Position numbers and translations under genes: made by a program
Shown here: positions 46,975 to 59,567 of the stretch, piece by piece
Numbering within the stretch: the first letter of the stretch is position 1
How the letters are laid out: each line of letters starts with the position of its first letter
DNA from: Somniosus microcephalus
Lineage: Eukaryota
Assembly (NCBI GenBank): GCA_052327205.1
Contig: JBMRGM010000040.1
Span: 48,732,001-48,796,000, forward strand
Direction: 5' to 3'
DNA: 64,000 bases
Notes under the pieces: model-generated
The model's database searches: none
Told to the model about the DNA's origin: nothing
The model's input: the letters and a program-made list of their open reading frames with translations, nothing else

Positions 46975-47975
46975 ATGTTTTCCAAGTGCTCTGCTATTAC
47001 ATCTTTTATAATGGACTCCAGCATCTTCCCCACTACCGATGTCAGGCTTACTGGTCTATATTTCCCCGTTTGCTCTCTACCAACTTTTTCGAATAGTGGG
47101 GTAACTTTATCTGCCCTTAAATCCATGGGAACTGTTCCAGAGTCTATAGAGTTTTGGAAGATGACCAGCAATTAATCTACTATGTCTAGGGCCACTTTCT
47201 TAATTACCCTAGGATGTAGATTATCAGGCCCTGGGGATTTATCGGCCTTCAATCCCGTCAATTTCCCTAACACCATTTCCCTACAAGTATTGTTTTCATT
47301 CAGTTAATCCCTCTCATTAGAAACTATTTCGCCCGACATATCTGGGAGATTATTTGTGTCCTGCTTTTTGAAAACAGAACCAAACCATGTATTATTTGGT
47401 CTGCCATTTCTTTCTTCCCCATTATAAATTCTCCTGATTCTGACTCTAAGGGACCTACGCTTGACTTCACCAATCTTTTTCTCTTCACATGCCTATAGAA
47501 GCTTTTTCAGTCAGTTTTTATGTTCCCTGCATGTTACTCTCATACTCTATTTGCCCCCCCTTAATCAATCCCTTTATCCTCCTTTGCTGAATCCTAAACT
47601 GCTCCCAATCCTCTGGTTCGCTGCTTTTTCTGCCAATTTATATATGCACTCATTGGAGCTTATGCTATCCATAATTTCCCTTGTAAGCCAAACAGAGATA
47701 AACAAATTCTGTCGTTCATCCATGCGATCTTTAAATGTTTGCCGTTGCCTATCCACCGTCAACCCTTTAAGTAAAGGTCCCCAATCCATCCTACCCAACT
47801 TGCGATTCATACCATCGTAGTTTCCTTTTTTTAAATTATGGACCCTAGTCTCTGAGTCAAATACTTCACTCTCCATCTTAATGAAGACTTCTATCATATT
47901 ATGATCGCTCAGCCCCAAGTGGCCTCGCACAAAATAATTGTGAATAATCCTTTCTCATTACATCATACCCAATCG
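46975..47975 (-). mobile_element. CR1 LINE ORF2 fragment (endonuclease end to RT start)
   Basis: HLGLSDHNMIE; IFQNSIDSGTVPMD..VTPLFEK..YRPVSLTSVVGK. Confidence 0.88.
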
Positions 47976-48019
47976 ACCTGTGAGCAGAGGGTAAAGAGGC
48001 AGAAGGGACAGAAATAATA

Positions 48020-48690
48020 ATCAGAACAGAAGAAATAGGAGCAGGAGTGGATCATTCGGCCCCACGAGCCTGCCCCGCCATTCAATAAGATCATGGCTGA
48101 TCAGATCATCGATTCAACACCACTTTCCTGTCGCTCGCCATAACCCTTGACTCACCTGTAGCTCAAATATATGCCTATCTCCGCCTTGAATATAATCAAT
48201 GACCCAGCCTCCACAGCTCTCTGTGGTAGAGGATTCCAAAGATTCACGACGCACTGAGAGAAGAAATTGCTCCTCATCTCCGTTTTAAATGGGCGACAAA
48301 TTTTCCTGAAACTTTGCCCCTAGTTCTAGATTCCAACAGGAGGGGAATCATCCTCCCTGCCTCTACCCTGTCAAGCCCTCTCAGAATCATATACTGAGAC
48401 AAAGAGGGAGACAGAGACAAAGATAGACGTAAGAGCGAAAGCCTCGGTTTGATGTCTTACAGAGTGGTCTGAGGTATAAGGGACTTCAGTTATGTTGAGA
48501 CTGTGCAGAAGCTGGGATTATTTTCCTCAGAAGTTTAAGAGGAATTTTAATGGAGGCTTCCAAATTTAGAAGGGGTTTTGATAGAGGAGATAAGGGGAAA
48601 CGTTATCTAGTGTCAGGAGGGAAAGTAAGCAGAGGACAACGATTGAAGATAACCGTCAAAAGAACCAGTATGGGGAGAATTGTCTTTCGC
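48020..48690. mobile_element. CR1-type LINE 3' end (minus, to ~48390) plus a short plus-strand LINE fragment
   Basis: AGAAATAGGAGCAGGAGT..CCATTCGGCCC..GAGCCTGCCCCGCCATTCAATAAGATCATGGCTGAT terminus. Paralogous to 54270-54880. Confidence 0.75.
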
Positions 48691-49319
48691 AGCAAGGGCT
48701 CAGGCCTAATGAATATCTTAATGCTCTGGATAAGTTATCACAGCCCAGGCACTCCCTCATTCCAGTCCTGCACACGTTGCTAATGTTTCAAATGTGGCAC
48801 TTTTCACACTGGCAATTAATTGATTAATAGCCGTGCTGTGATAAGCTAAGTTTGTTAGGGAGTTGCAGTCGGCAAGAAAATACATGGAAATCTGACAATA
48901 CCCGTCACTGTTCTGACACTGTGAGCTACAGTTAAATGTGGGCATGTAAACATTTAACGGGGTAAAAATTCGGTAACGCCCCATTTGGGGCACCATTATT
49001 GGCGGTGCACAAAGTTTAGCGCCTGGCGCTAATTATCGCCTCTGACATCAAACTTGACTTTTATCGCCCCTGGAGATGATTGGAGCACTAAATCAGGTGC
49101 TACACACCTCTGATAAGGCGCTAAGGCCGAGGAGCGAGGCGCTAGCTCAGAGTGCGGGCACAGCGCAGGTGCTATCAGTTAGCGATGGAACACAGACACA
49201 CTGGCGCTGGTTAGTTCTTAAAGGGGTGGGTCGATCTTGCGCTGCAGCCACACATTACTCAATGGAGCCTTGAATCTCGGCCTGGACAGACCTGTGGCTA
49301 AATCTTGCAGCCAAGGACT

Positions 49320-51168
49320 ATGGAGCAGGCGAGGGAGCCAGCACAGCGCTTCATCGAGCGGGCCTTGGAGGCTCTGGTTGACACTTTGGAGCACAGAAGA
49401 TGTATTCCTTACCCAGAGAGTGGCAGGAGGCCTTTGCCACGTGAGTACAGAACAGTGTGGAGGGAGGTGGCTCAGAGAGTCTGCTTAAGCAGCATGGTGC
49501 CTAGGACCAATCTCCAATGTAGGAAAAAGTTCAACGACCTCACTCGGGTCGTCAGCGTGAGTGAGATTTTTTACAAAACCTCTCCATCCCTCCATCTCAA
49601 CCTCACTTTATGGCCAGAGGGTTTTAAAAGCCCCAATGCCGAACACTCATCAACACCTATGGCCCTTTCATCAAACGCACACGCACATTCCACACTTTGC
49701 ATACAGTAAGGGCTATGCAACTAAGGCAGGCATTTCAGGGAAGACCATGGCTGCATACAATGAGGGCTATTCAACTATGGGAGTCATTTCAGGCAAGACC
49801 ATGGCTGAATACAATAAGGGCTATTTAATTATGGGAGGCATTTCAGGCAAGACCATGGCTGGATATTTACTCAGACGCCGTCCTTTTTCTTGCAGGCCAA
49901 GTTGTCTCATAAGAGGAGACAGCAGCAATGGACTTGTGGAGGGTGGCCACAGCTGCAACCACTCAGCGACCTTGAAGTGCATGTCCAGAGGATTGTGGCA
50001 AGCTGGGTGATTGGTCCCATCACCACTGGAGACGCCGACCCCGTCAAGGACAGCAATGGTAAGGTCATCACATTTTTGTCCTCTCCCCTTCCACTTGTTC
50101 CTCACAACACCAGCCTTTGACACTTTCAATCCAAATTACTAAATCGCTGCACTCATTCCTCGCTTGCTGCCACCCTGTCCTCACGCTAAAGCCACTCTTA
50201 TACCTTCCTGCTTTCAGATGGTGATCCACCAGGTGAGGAGACGGGCCCTCAAGCTGCCAGTGGGAGTGAAGCTGAAGGCGAGGCAGAACAGGAAGCCGGA
50301 GCATCAGTTCCACCATCTCCTGTGGAAGCCCATGCCCACACTGGGAACATGCCATCCCTGGAGGGGAGCAGGGGGGAATGGTCTGATGAGAGTGAAGCTC
50401 CAGGACCCAGCGCGCTGCAGCAACGCGAGGGGGTAGGGAAGCTTGGGGGCCCTCTCCCCGGAGGGAGAGTATGCCATCGAGGCCTGCTGCACTGGATGCA
50501 GAGGAGGAGCAGGTCCTCGCTGAAATGAGCGCCCAGGCACACTGAACTCATGGCTGCAGTGGCAAGGTTGCCCGAATGCATTGAATCACTGGCAAGGAGT
50601 TGGAGCACTTCAGCGTAGCACAGGCGGCTGCCACGCAAATGGTTACTGTTGCAATGCAGTCACTGGCTGGTCTCATGCAGAAGTATATTCAGGCCATGCG
50701 AGCACTGACTGCTGCCACCCTCGCTTGAAAGTCAAATTACCCTGGGGCTCTCACCGCACCACAGCAGGCCAGCAATCTGTGCTCCTTCAGTTTGCTCCAG
50801 ATGCTGAAGCGCTGCCCCGTGGGAGTGCCAGTGTGTCATTCGAGCAGGGAGTTGCTGTCCTCTCTCAAGATTACAGCATTCCTGCTGACACGACTGGCAC
50901 TTCTCCACTGCAGTTGCCACCACCTGTAGGACAGACTGCTGCCGCCCATGCAGAGTTGGTGCAGTCTGCAGCCGGGCCCTCCAGGCCCAGAGCCGAACCA
51001 GGCCGTCCTTCCAGTGCATCTGCACTCTCAGTTTGTGACAATCAGCAACCTTTCTCCAGTCTTGCTCCAGCCACTGGGGCCCGATTCCGGAGGGGCTGCA
51101 GGGTCGGAAGGGGGGAATTTCGCAAGGGAAGGAGATCACCCTTGAAGGGCAAAAAGTGGGAGGTATGA
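49320..51168 (+). pseudogene. Harbinger Myb/SANT-like DNA-binding protein gene (spliced; end approximate)
   Basis: MEQAREPAQRFIERALEALV...VWREVAQRV...RTNLQCRKKFNDL; candidate introns GTGAGT(49557)..TTGCAG(49894) and GTAAGG(50059)..TTTCAG(50217). Confidence 0.8.
49706..49863. repeat. 54-bp tandem repeat x3 in the Harbinger intron
   Basis: AGGGCTAT...CATTTCAGG(G/C)AAGACCATGGCTG repeated three times. Confidence 0.85.
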
Positions 51169-51419
51169 CAAAATGTTTTTCATTGTTTTTTTAATTGTTC
51201 ATGGTCAATTTTTTGTAATTGTTTGGGACCTTGTCTCCATGTTGTGAGAGGCAGTTAGTTAATGACTGTTTTTTCTGTGCTTCTTTCTATTAGTTTGTCA
51301 GGCAGAAATGAAACACACAGAGTTTGTCAAATAAAGATGTGTCTGTATTCAAAATGTATATGTTTGGTCTTTGCAATCATTGTTGCGTTGACCGCCTTAG
51401 GGGTTGCGGGATGATTTTA

Positions 51420-52604
51420 TTCAGGTTGTTTGAATGGCAGAATCCATTTCCTCAGAGGGGGACCAGAAGCGACTTGCTATGAGCCTTTGATGGACGGCCC
51501 TTCCACTTTGTACATTGTGTGCCTCCCTTCCACATTGGTGCTACTGAAGATCACCCTCCTCATCTTCCTCCTTCTCTCCCTCCTCCCCCTCTGCTGGTGC
51601 TCCAATTCCTGGTTGCATTGGCTGGGTCCTGACGATTGCCAGGTTAAGCAGCATGAAGCAGACAACAACGAAGTGGGAGACTCGCTCAGGTGAGTAGTGA
51701 AGGGCTCCTCCAGAATGTTCCAGACAGCGTCACCATTGCTTGAGCAAGCCGATTGTGTGCTCAACGATGTTCCTGGTATCTTGATGGCTCTCGTTTTATC
51801 GCAGCTCAGCGGGGGTGTTGGGCGTATGAAGCGGTGTCATCAGCCAGGTTCACAGAGGATATCCCTTGTCCCCGAGAAGCCAACCTCCTGGGTGATGCAG
51901 TGCCTGGGAAGGTCTGCCACGGAAGTCTGGCGCTTGATGAAAGTAGGAAAGTGGGCATTGACAGCGAGTATCAGTCTTTTGTGGTCACAGACCAACTGAA
52001 CGTTTATGGAAGTGAAGCCCTTTCGGTTGCAGAAATTATCGGCATTCTCTTGCGTTGCAGGAAAAGCCACATGTGTGCAGTCAATGGCGGCCAGCACCAT
52101 GGGGAAGCCCGCTATCATCGCAAAGCCCGTTCTGCGTTCTTGCTACTTGTCCAGGGTCATGGTGAAAGAGATTTACGTCTCCTTCTAAAGAGGGCATTTG
52201 TGACCTGACGGATGCAGCAATGCACCACGAACTGGGAGATATTGGCGATGAACCCAGTAGCTGATTGAAATGAGCCAGTGGCATAAATGTTAAGAGCCAC
52301 TGTTATCTTCACTGCCACCGACAGGGACGTCCTGCTCCTCAGTTGAAAGCTGCAGATCTGGCTGAAACAGGTGGCAGAGCTCAGTGACCACCTCCTTGCT
52401 GAAGCGCAACCTTCACAAACACTGCTCCTCAGACATAGTAAGGTTGGAGAACTGTTGGCGAAAAACCCTGGGAGGGTAAGGTCTCCTGTACAGAGGCCTG
52501 CTGGCCCTCCTCCGTCAGGCCATGGATGCCACTCTCTCTCTTCGTCTCTGAGCTCTCCAAATGTGATGGAGAAGGACGTCAATCGCATCCATTGCAGCCC
52601 CCAT
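51420..52604 (-). pseudogene. Harbinger DDE transposase pseudogene (HARBI1 family)
   Basis: LSVAVKITVALNIYATGSFQ; GFPMVLAAIDCTHV; NRKGFTSINVQLVCD. Frameshifts and stops present. Confidence 0.92.
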
Positions 52605-53338
52605 AATATCTAGGCAACCAAAGTTATGTCGGTCAAAAAGCAAAGTATCTGCAAAGTTATGGTCAGAAGCCAAAACTAGCTCAGACAGCTTTGACTCAAT
52701 GCAGAAGTCTTTCTTTCTCTCTTTGTCTCTGAAAATCTCTCTCTCTCTCTCAGAAGGAGTGGTGCAAAAATGGCTACCACACAGAAGCCAGGAAGAGGTC
52801 CCCTTTAAATAACGTCCCCCCAGCCCCACAGCGACTGAGAAGCATTCCAGTCAACCTGTCTTTCGGTGCGCCAGGTGGAAAGGAGGAGACGCCACTCAAT
52901 TTCCATTCCGGGGCATCACAAGGGTGTTGCACTCTCGAATGATGTCAAGATCTCCGTGCGCAGGAGATCGGCTGGTATTAGTTAGCACCGCCGCAAAATG
53001 TCCGGTCAATTTCGCTGGAGGTGCAGATATCACTGCACCCAGGTGCTAATTGCTTTGTGACCCAATTGGCACCCTCTTAAGGCGATAACAGGAGGCGCAA
53101 CCAACATAATTTTTCCCCCAAAGTTTCTAGTTACAAATGTCATTTCTTGCTGACTTTGAACCAGCAGGCATTTTACAGAAGTGAAGGCAGTGCCTTTTGT
53201 ACCTCTGTACCGAATGATGCACTGCTGACTGTTGAGGCAGCATCAACAGTGTGGAAAGTTGAAAAGTTGATGAGGAGCAAGTATTGCTTCGCGTGGTTGC
53301 TTTGATTGGTAGCATTTCAAAAGCTCCAGAATGCACTC

Positions 53339-53412
53339 TTCCCTGACTGGGAATTGAACCCAGGCCATGGCGATAAACACGCTGAACCCTAACCACTAGG
53401 GATACTGCAGGA
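53339..53412 (-). pseudogene. tRNA-Glu pseudogene
   Basis: TTCCCTGACTGGGAATTGAACCCAGGCC..GGCG....CTAACCACTAG is the reverse complement of vertebrate tRNA-Glu, with CpG-type decay and a damaged anticodon arm. Confidence 0.8.
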
Positions 53413-54130
53413 AGCTTCCTGCCAGGAAGCACCGCAACACAATCTTTCCACCTTGAAGCTTTGAAATTCAGATCACTTTCACACCAGGCAAACCTTTCGT
53501 ACAAGATGACATTTTTCAGGCGAGATCACAAAGGACATGTTCGCAAAAGCACAGCACCAAGTGCAGGTAGGCAGCCTCTTGACATCTATCTCCTTCTGTG
53601 CTTTTCTCAGAGACAGAGACATACAGTCAGGGAGAAGCCGTCGGGGTATTGAATACTCACCACTATAATATCAAGGACAATGCAGAGGAAATGGTTCTGC
53701 AGTGCTTGAGACAAAGACTCAAACACACACAAAATACCCGTGTGTGCTCTCCTTGTGTGAGTATGTCTCAGATATCCATCTGTGTGTCATAGATTCATGG
53801 CGGCCTGCAACACAGCGGGAGGCCATTCGGCCAATCGTGCCAGTGCTGTCTCTTTGAAAGAGCAGTTGTGCATGGTCCCGCACCACCGCTTTTTCTGCGT
53901 ATACCTGTTATTTCATTTTCTCTGTCCTCTCTCCCTCCTCAGTGCCCCACATAAAAGGGAAAGAGAAGGAGAACTCTATACTAACGAGGAATTGGGGCAG
54001 CGAGTTGTTATTTAGTTCTTCATATGTCAGTACGTCTTTTAAAATTATTTTAGTTTATATTTTTATGTTCAACTTTTCCAAGGAGCATTTTAAGGAGCTG
54101 CCCACAGGTTTAAAATTGAGGATGTTAAAA

Positions 54131-54196
54131 GTCCTCGTCATCGGGTAATTGAACCCTGGCCACCCGCGGGGATACTCACCACTATTCTAATGAGGA
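54131..54196 (-). pseudogene. tRNA-Asp pseudogene lacking the anticodon loop
   Basis: ...GAACCCTGGCCACCCGCG|GGGATACTCACCACTATTCTAATGAGGA matches the reverse complement of tRNA-Asp with the GTGACAG segment missing. A second 5'-end remnant CTATACTAACGAGGA lies at ~53975-53990. Confidence 0.8.
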
Positions 54197-54269
54197 ATTG
54201 AGAGATACAGATGCTGGCAGAGCAAGAATCGACATGTGAGCAGAGGGACAAAGAGGCAGAGGGGACAGT

Positions 54270-54882
54270 AATACGAATAAGAGCAGAAGATGTAGGAGCA
54301 GGAGTCGGCCATCCGCCCCTCGAGCCTTCCCCGCCATTGAATATGGTCGTAGCTGATCAGATCTTTGAATCAACGCCACTTTCCCGCCCACTCCCCGTAA
54401 CTTTTGACTCCACTGCAGCTCAAATTTACGCCTATCTCCACATTGAATATAATCAATAACTCCGCCTCCAGAGCTCTCCGGGGTAGAGGATTCCAAAGTT
54501 TCACGACCCTCTGAGAGAAGAAATTCCTCCTCATCTCCGTTTTAAATGGGCGACCCCTTATCCTGAAGTTTTGCCCCCTTGTTCTAGATACCCCCAGGAG
54601 GGGAAACATCCTCCCTGCGTCTACCCTGTGAAGCCCCTTCAGAATCATATACAGAGACAAAGAGGGAGACAGAGACAAAGATAGACATAGAGAGCAAGAG
54701 CCTCAGTTTGACGTCTTACAGAATAGGGATAAGCTACTTCTGTTATGTTGAGAGTCTGGAGAAGCTGGGATTGTTTTGCTCAGAAGGTTAAGAGGAAATT
54801 TAATAGTGGGTTTCAAATTTACAAGGGGATTTGATAGAGGAAATATGGAGAAATGCTTTCCAGTGGCAGGAGGGATGGTAAC
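54270..54882. mobile_element. CR1-type LINE 3' end (minus) plus plus-strand LINE fragment, paralog of 48020-48690
   Basis: ILKGLHRVDAGRMFPL.GVSRTRG..FRIRGRPFKTEMRRNFFSQRVV.LWNPLP; same junction AGAGACAAAGAGGGAGACAGAGACAAAGATAGAC as at ~48395. Confidence 0.82.
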
Positions 54883-57800
54883 TGTCTTGTTTTGCACACT
54901 TTGTAGAAAAATAATAAATTGCAGGACAACGGAGTACTACAGTTTAAACTCTTTTAATGAAGCATCAGGTCTGCCTGACTCACAACAGTACAGCACCGTG
55001 TGGACAAGTTGGTGTCAGGACACTGGGACTTCCCATACAATAGCAGTCCTTACAGATGCCTGCAGGCCAACGACAACTCAGCATGTGATCATATGTGAAT
55101 ATAATAGGAATTCCTTACAGATGCCTGCGGGCCAATGATAAATCAATATGCAAATGTTTCATCCCCTTTCTTTCAAAAGAAAACTGTGATGCATTACTTT
55201 TGAACTTTTCTTCTACATAATGTTCTCAGTAGCATCAACATATAAGTAAACTCAACATTTAACTAACACTGAAAACATCTCAACGTTTCATAACGATGTA
55301 CAGATTTTTTTTTCGGGCAGCTATCCGCCTACACGATTTGACAGTTCACAAGTCAAGGATAACTCTAGGCTTGACCTCTCGTCCCGACCTTGTGTGGTAT
55401 GCAACTGAGCATGCTCCTGAGTTGGTGAACAATTATGTTTCAGGTTTAGGTTCAGGTAAGTATAATGTGTTTTTATATTGCTCTGTTCATCACACTCTGT
55501 TGAACAGACCCTCTCATCGGTATGACGGTGTTGTTTCTTGGTGTCCAGGAGGTGCCTGCAATTGCGGCGGTACACCTGTCCTTCTGGGTTGCAGATATGA
55601 TACGATCGCTCAGTGTCAGCTGACTGGATGACGACTGCTGGCATCCAATAGTCATGCTCTTGGATTCTGATGGATTCTCCATTGTGCAGTGGCGGCAGTA
55701 GTCCAGCTGACCTGTCATAGTTCTCTTTTGGTGTTGCTGTATCTGTACACGTTTTGCATGCACTTGCTTGCAGCTGACAACCTACCAGGGCCTGTCTGGG
55801 ATACGGTGAGCTATCATGGGCTCTTTGACATTTGATGGGCGGCGTTCAAGACAAATGGAACATTTTCCGACAATGTCCTCTATGTGTTTGCACATTCCGG
55901 GCCAAAATATAATGTCACGTGCTCTTTGTTTGCATTTTTCCATGCCCATATGTCCAGCATGAATTTTTGTCAACATCTCTTCTCTGAGACTGGTAGGAAT
56001 GATGATTTCCTCCCCTTTGAAAACGACTCCATTGATTTGTGACAGTTCATCTCTGTGGTTCCAGAATTCAGATATGCCCTGAGGTCATTTCCTCCTTTCC
56101 TCAGGCCATCCTTCATGTATGACTTTGCTCAGCAGTGTGAGTTGTGCATCTTTCTCTGTTGCTGCTCGGATCTCCTTCAGTTTTGAGTCACTCACAGTTA
56201 AGCTGTTGTAAACCATGTGCACCTGCACATCCATGCCTTCACTGAGGCTGCTTTCCTGGTAGCTAACAGACTTTCTGGAGAGCGTGTCTGCGACAGGAAT
56301 GTCTTTGCCTGGACGGTGAATGATTGTGAAGTCATACTTCTGTAGCTGATGGATCATTCTCTGTAGCCTTGGTGGGGCTGCGGCTCGTGGTTTCCTCATG
56401 ATTGACTCGAGGGGCTTGTGGTCGGATTCCACAAGGACTTGTCGGCCATAGACACACTGATGGAAACGCTTACATCCGAACAGAATTGCATAAAGCTCTT
56501 TCTCGAATTGAGCATAGTTGATTTCACTGTCTGTGAGGGATCTGGAAGCGTAGCCGATGGGCTTTCCTTCTTGCAGTAATACTGTGCCTAGTCCGTACTT
56601 TGATGTGTCCACTTGTAGTCTGATCTATTTGTTGCGGTCGAAGTAGGCAAGAACAGATCCTGGTTCTCCGGTGATTAGGTCTTTCATTTTCTGAAATGCT
56701 GTGTCATGTTGTTTGTCCCGCAGGAACTCAAAGGATTGTTTGAGCAACTGACGCACGGGTGCTTTGATTTCGGAGAGGCTCGGAGCAAACTTGGCTAAGT
56801 AGTTAACCATGCCTAGTACTGTTTCTAGCTCTGCGCGGTGCTTTGGCAGCTTCATCTTCTTGATGGCAGAGATTTTCTCTGGATCCGACTTAAAGCTGAT
56901 GTCGGAAATAACTGATCTCGGTGGATCCGATTATGCTTTTCTCCGGGTTGAGCCGGATGACTTTCTCCCATGATCTTTGTAGCATCGCACGGAGGTTCCT
57001 GTCATGTTCCTCTCTATTCCTGCCATAGATGAGGATGTAATCTAAGATTGTGACTACTCCATCAAGGCCTTCATAGGTTTCGTCGATCTTCCGGTGGAAT
57101 TCATCCTGAGCTGAGATAAGACCAAATGGTAAACGCAGAAATCGGTAGCGTCCAAATGGTGTGTTGAACATTGTTAGCTTAGATGACTCTTCCATGAGCT
57201 TGATAGTCCAGTATCCTGATTGTGCGTCCATTACACTGAAGTAACGTGCTCCCACTAGCTTGGGTGTGATGTCATCTAGCGTTGGTAGAGGGTAGTCATG
57301 GCGTTTGATAGCTTTGTTCGAATCTCTGGGGTCGAGGCAGACTCTGAGCTTTCCTATGCGTGGTTTGGCAACCATTACTTCCGCGTTGACCCACTCTGTC
57401 GGTTCTGTTTCCCGGACGATGATTTCTGTATTCTCCATGCTCTGCAGCTCCTCCTTCAGGCGACTACGTAGAGCAAGGCGTATCCTTCTCGGTGGGCAAA
57501 CCACAGGGGTTGCTGCTGGGTCAAGGTGAATAGTGTATTCAGCAGGGAATAGTCCGATTCCTTTGAAAACGTCAGCAAACTCCTCCACGACTGTCTTCTT
57601 CTCAACTGGTGCTGTCAATGATAGCATTAGCTTGACGAGATCCATGTCTAAACATATCTTTAGACCTAGCACTGGAGGTGCTTATGTGTCAAAAATGTAA
57701 ATGTTCAACATCATGTCGCTTTCTTTGTACTTGCATTTCATCATGCATGTGACTTTTTCATTGAGCTGCTCACCCCGCTAGCCGGTCAGTCTGCGTCAGG

Positions 57801-58424
57801 TGGGCTGTTGCTCAAACTCATCCTTCAAGCTGTGATACTCACTCAGAGGAACTACATTAACCTGAGATGCAGTGTCTAGTTTAAAATTACACTCTTTGCC
57901 CTGTTTTCCTATCTCAATATCGGCAAAAGCTTGCTCAGTCTATGAAATCTGTTTTTTCTGTGACACAAAATCAATAAACAGATCGTCTGCATTTGGCTCT
58001 CTATCTGGCATTTGGCTGTCACTCACTGTGTCTACCATTTTTCCGAAAACCGTCCTGCAAACTTTGGCAAAGTCGTTCCGTTTACCACATTTAGTACATT
58101 GTCTTCCTTTGGCAGGGCAGTACTCCTTTTCTCCATGGCAGTTGTTCCCACAATATCCACAGTTTTTGAAGCGTTTTATGTCTGTGTCGCCCATTTTTAG
58201 AACTCTCGCTGTTCTTTTAAAGAAGCATCAGGTCTGTCTGACTCACAACAGCACAGCACCGTGTGGACAAGATGGAGTCAGGACACTAGGTGTTCCCAAA
58301 CAATAGCAGTCCTTACAGATGCCTGCAGGCTAAAGACAACTCAGCATGTGATCACATGTGAATATAATAGGTATTCCTTACAGATGCCTGCGGGCCAATG
58401 ATACATCAAGATGCAAGTTTTACA
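54883..58424 (-). mobile_element. Gypsy LTR retrotransposon C, internally deleted
   Basis: 3'LTR 54883-55161 with adjacent PPT (minus GAAAGAAAGGGGA); partial 5'LTR ~58214-58424; TSD GTAAC; double CCHC, RT (RVCLDPR, YRFLRLPFG, ILDYILI), RNase H (DTSKYGLG), integrase HAGH..C..C. PBS, most of gag and the integrase core are missing. Confidence 0.93.
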
Positions 58425-58953
58425 GTAACCAGAGGAAACCGAGTGAAGATAACCAGCAAAAGAAACAGAGGGGAGATGAGGTTAATTGTCTTACGCAGCA
58501 AGGGCTCAGGCCTAATGAATATCTTAATGCTCAGGATAAGTTATCACTGCCCACGGCCCAGCCACTCTCTCATTCCAGTCAAGGACACTTAGATAAGATT
58601 CAAGGGTTGCATTTTTCTCACTGGCAATGAATTGTTTGAAAGCCATGCTGTGAGATGCTAAGGCTGTTAGGGAGATGCAGTTGAAGAAGATGCCTGGAAG
58701 ACTAATGATATGCTGACTGTTCTGTCATTGTGAGCTGGAGTTAAATGCGGGCATGTAAACATTTAGATTGCCTAGTTCCAAATGTAATTTCCTGCTGACT
58801 GCAGGCATTTTACAGAAGTGTATATTGTACCTCTGGACCGAATGATGTGCTGCTGGTTGTTGAGGCAGTCGCAGCGAAGTGGAAAGTTGAAAGTTTTCTC
58901 AGGAGCGAGCATTGCTTCACGGGGGTCTGCAGAAGGTGACCATTCAGCACAGC

Positions 58954-59026
58954 ATTTCCGTAGTGGATTGGTCAGCACGGTCGCCTAACAGGTGAAAATT
59001 TCCCGGTTCGAGACCGAGTGGAAACA
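58954..59026 (+). pseudogene. tRNA-Val(AAC) pseudogene
   Basis: ATTTCCGTAGTG..TGGT..CACG.TCGCCTAACA.G.GAAA...CCCGGTTCGAGACCGAGTGGAAACA followed by TTTT. 73 nt, with multiple stem mismatches. Confidence 0.85.
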
Positions 59027-59567
59027 TTTTGAAATCATATTCAATGAAATAGTAGAAAAATGGAAAATTTCTCATTCTTGGTTCAATGTTTAAAGCCCTG
59101 TTACATTTGTTGTTTCTCTGTGCAGACTTCTACACATTCAAAGTCTACAGTGTCTCTCACTCCCTCCCCTTTCCAGCCCTGATCTTGCAGAAAACCCCTC
59201 TCAATGCTGCATATTCCGGCTGCTTTCAGTTGATTTGTGAGAGATTATTAAAGGATCCTGCAGCATTGCCTCGGTTCACAACAGCAGATCTAAGCCGCGT
59301 TTCTGCAAACTACTGGCCATGTTCTCCGGAATTCCAAGGTGTATAAGGAAATCAAGCATCAAAATCCCTTTCATTAGCCACAGGTGTTCAGACAATATTC
59401 TGAACGCAAAGCGTGTTAGTCCTTGCCAATATTTCTTGTCCATTTCCCAGTGTTTCCCAATTCTGCCTGTCTCTCTGTTTCTGTTTATTGTGTGTGTGGC
59501 CACTTGTGCGTTGATTTTGAACGAATACCTGCGTTTTTGTCTGCTTGCTGCTTTAAACAAATGAGGG

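Larger units (their letters stand above)
48959..53119. mobile_element. PIF/Harbinger DNA transposon, two convergent genes, decayed
   Basis: Termini GGGGTAAAAATT and AATTTTTCCCCC; TAA on the left side. The empty site is visible in the paralogous segment at ~58760-58775. Confidence 0.9.

Noticed and set aside
49320-52604. Host genes HARBI1 / NAIF1
   Set aside because: Both frames are disrupted and lie between TIRs, with an empty paralogous site. This is a transposon copy, not the domesticated genes.
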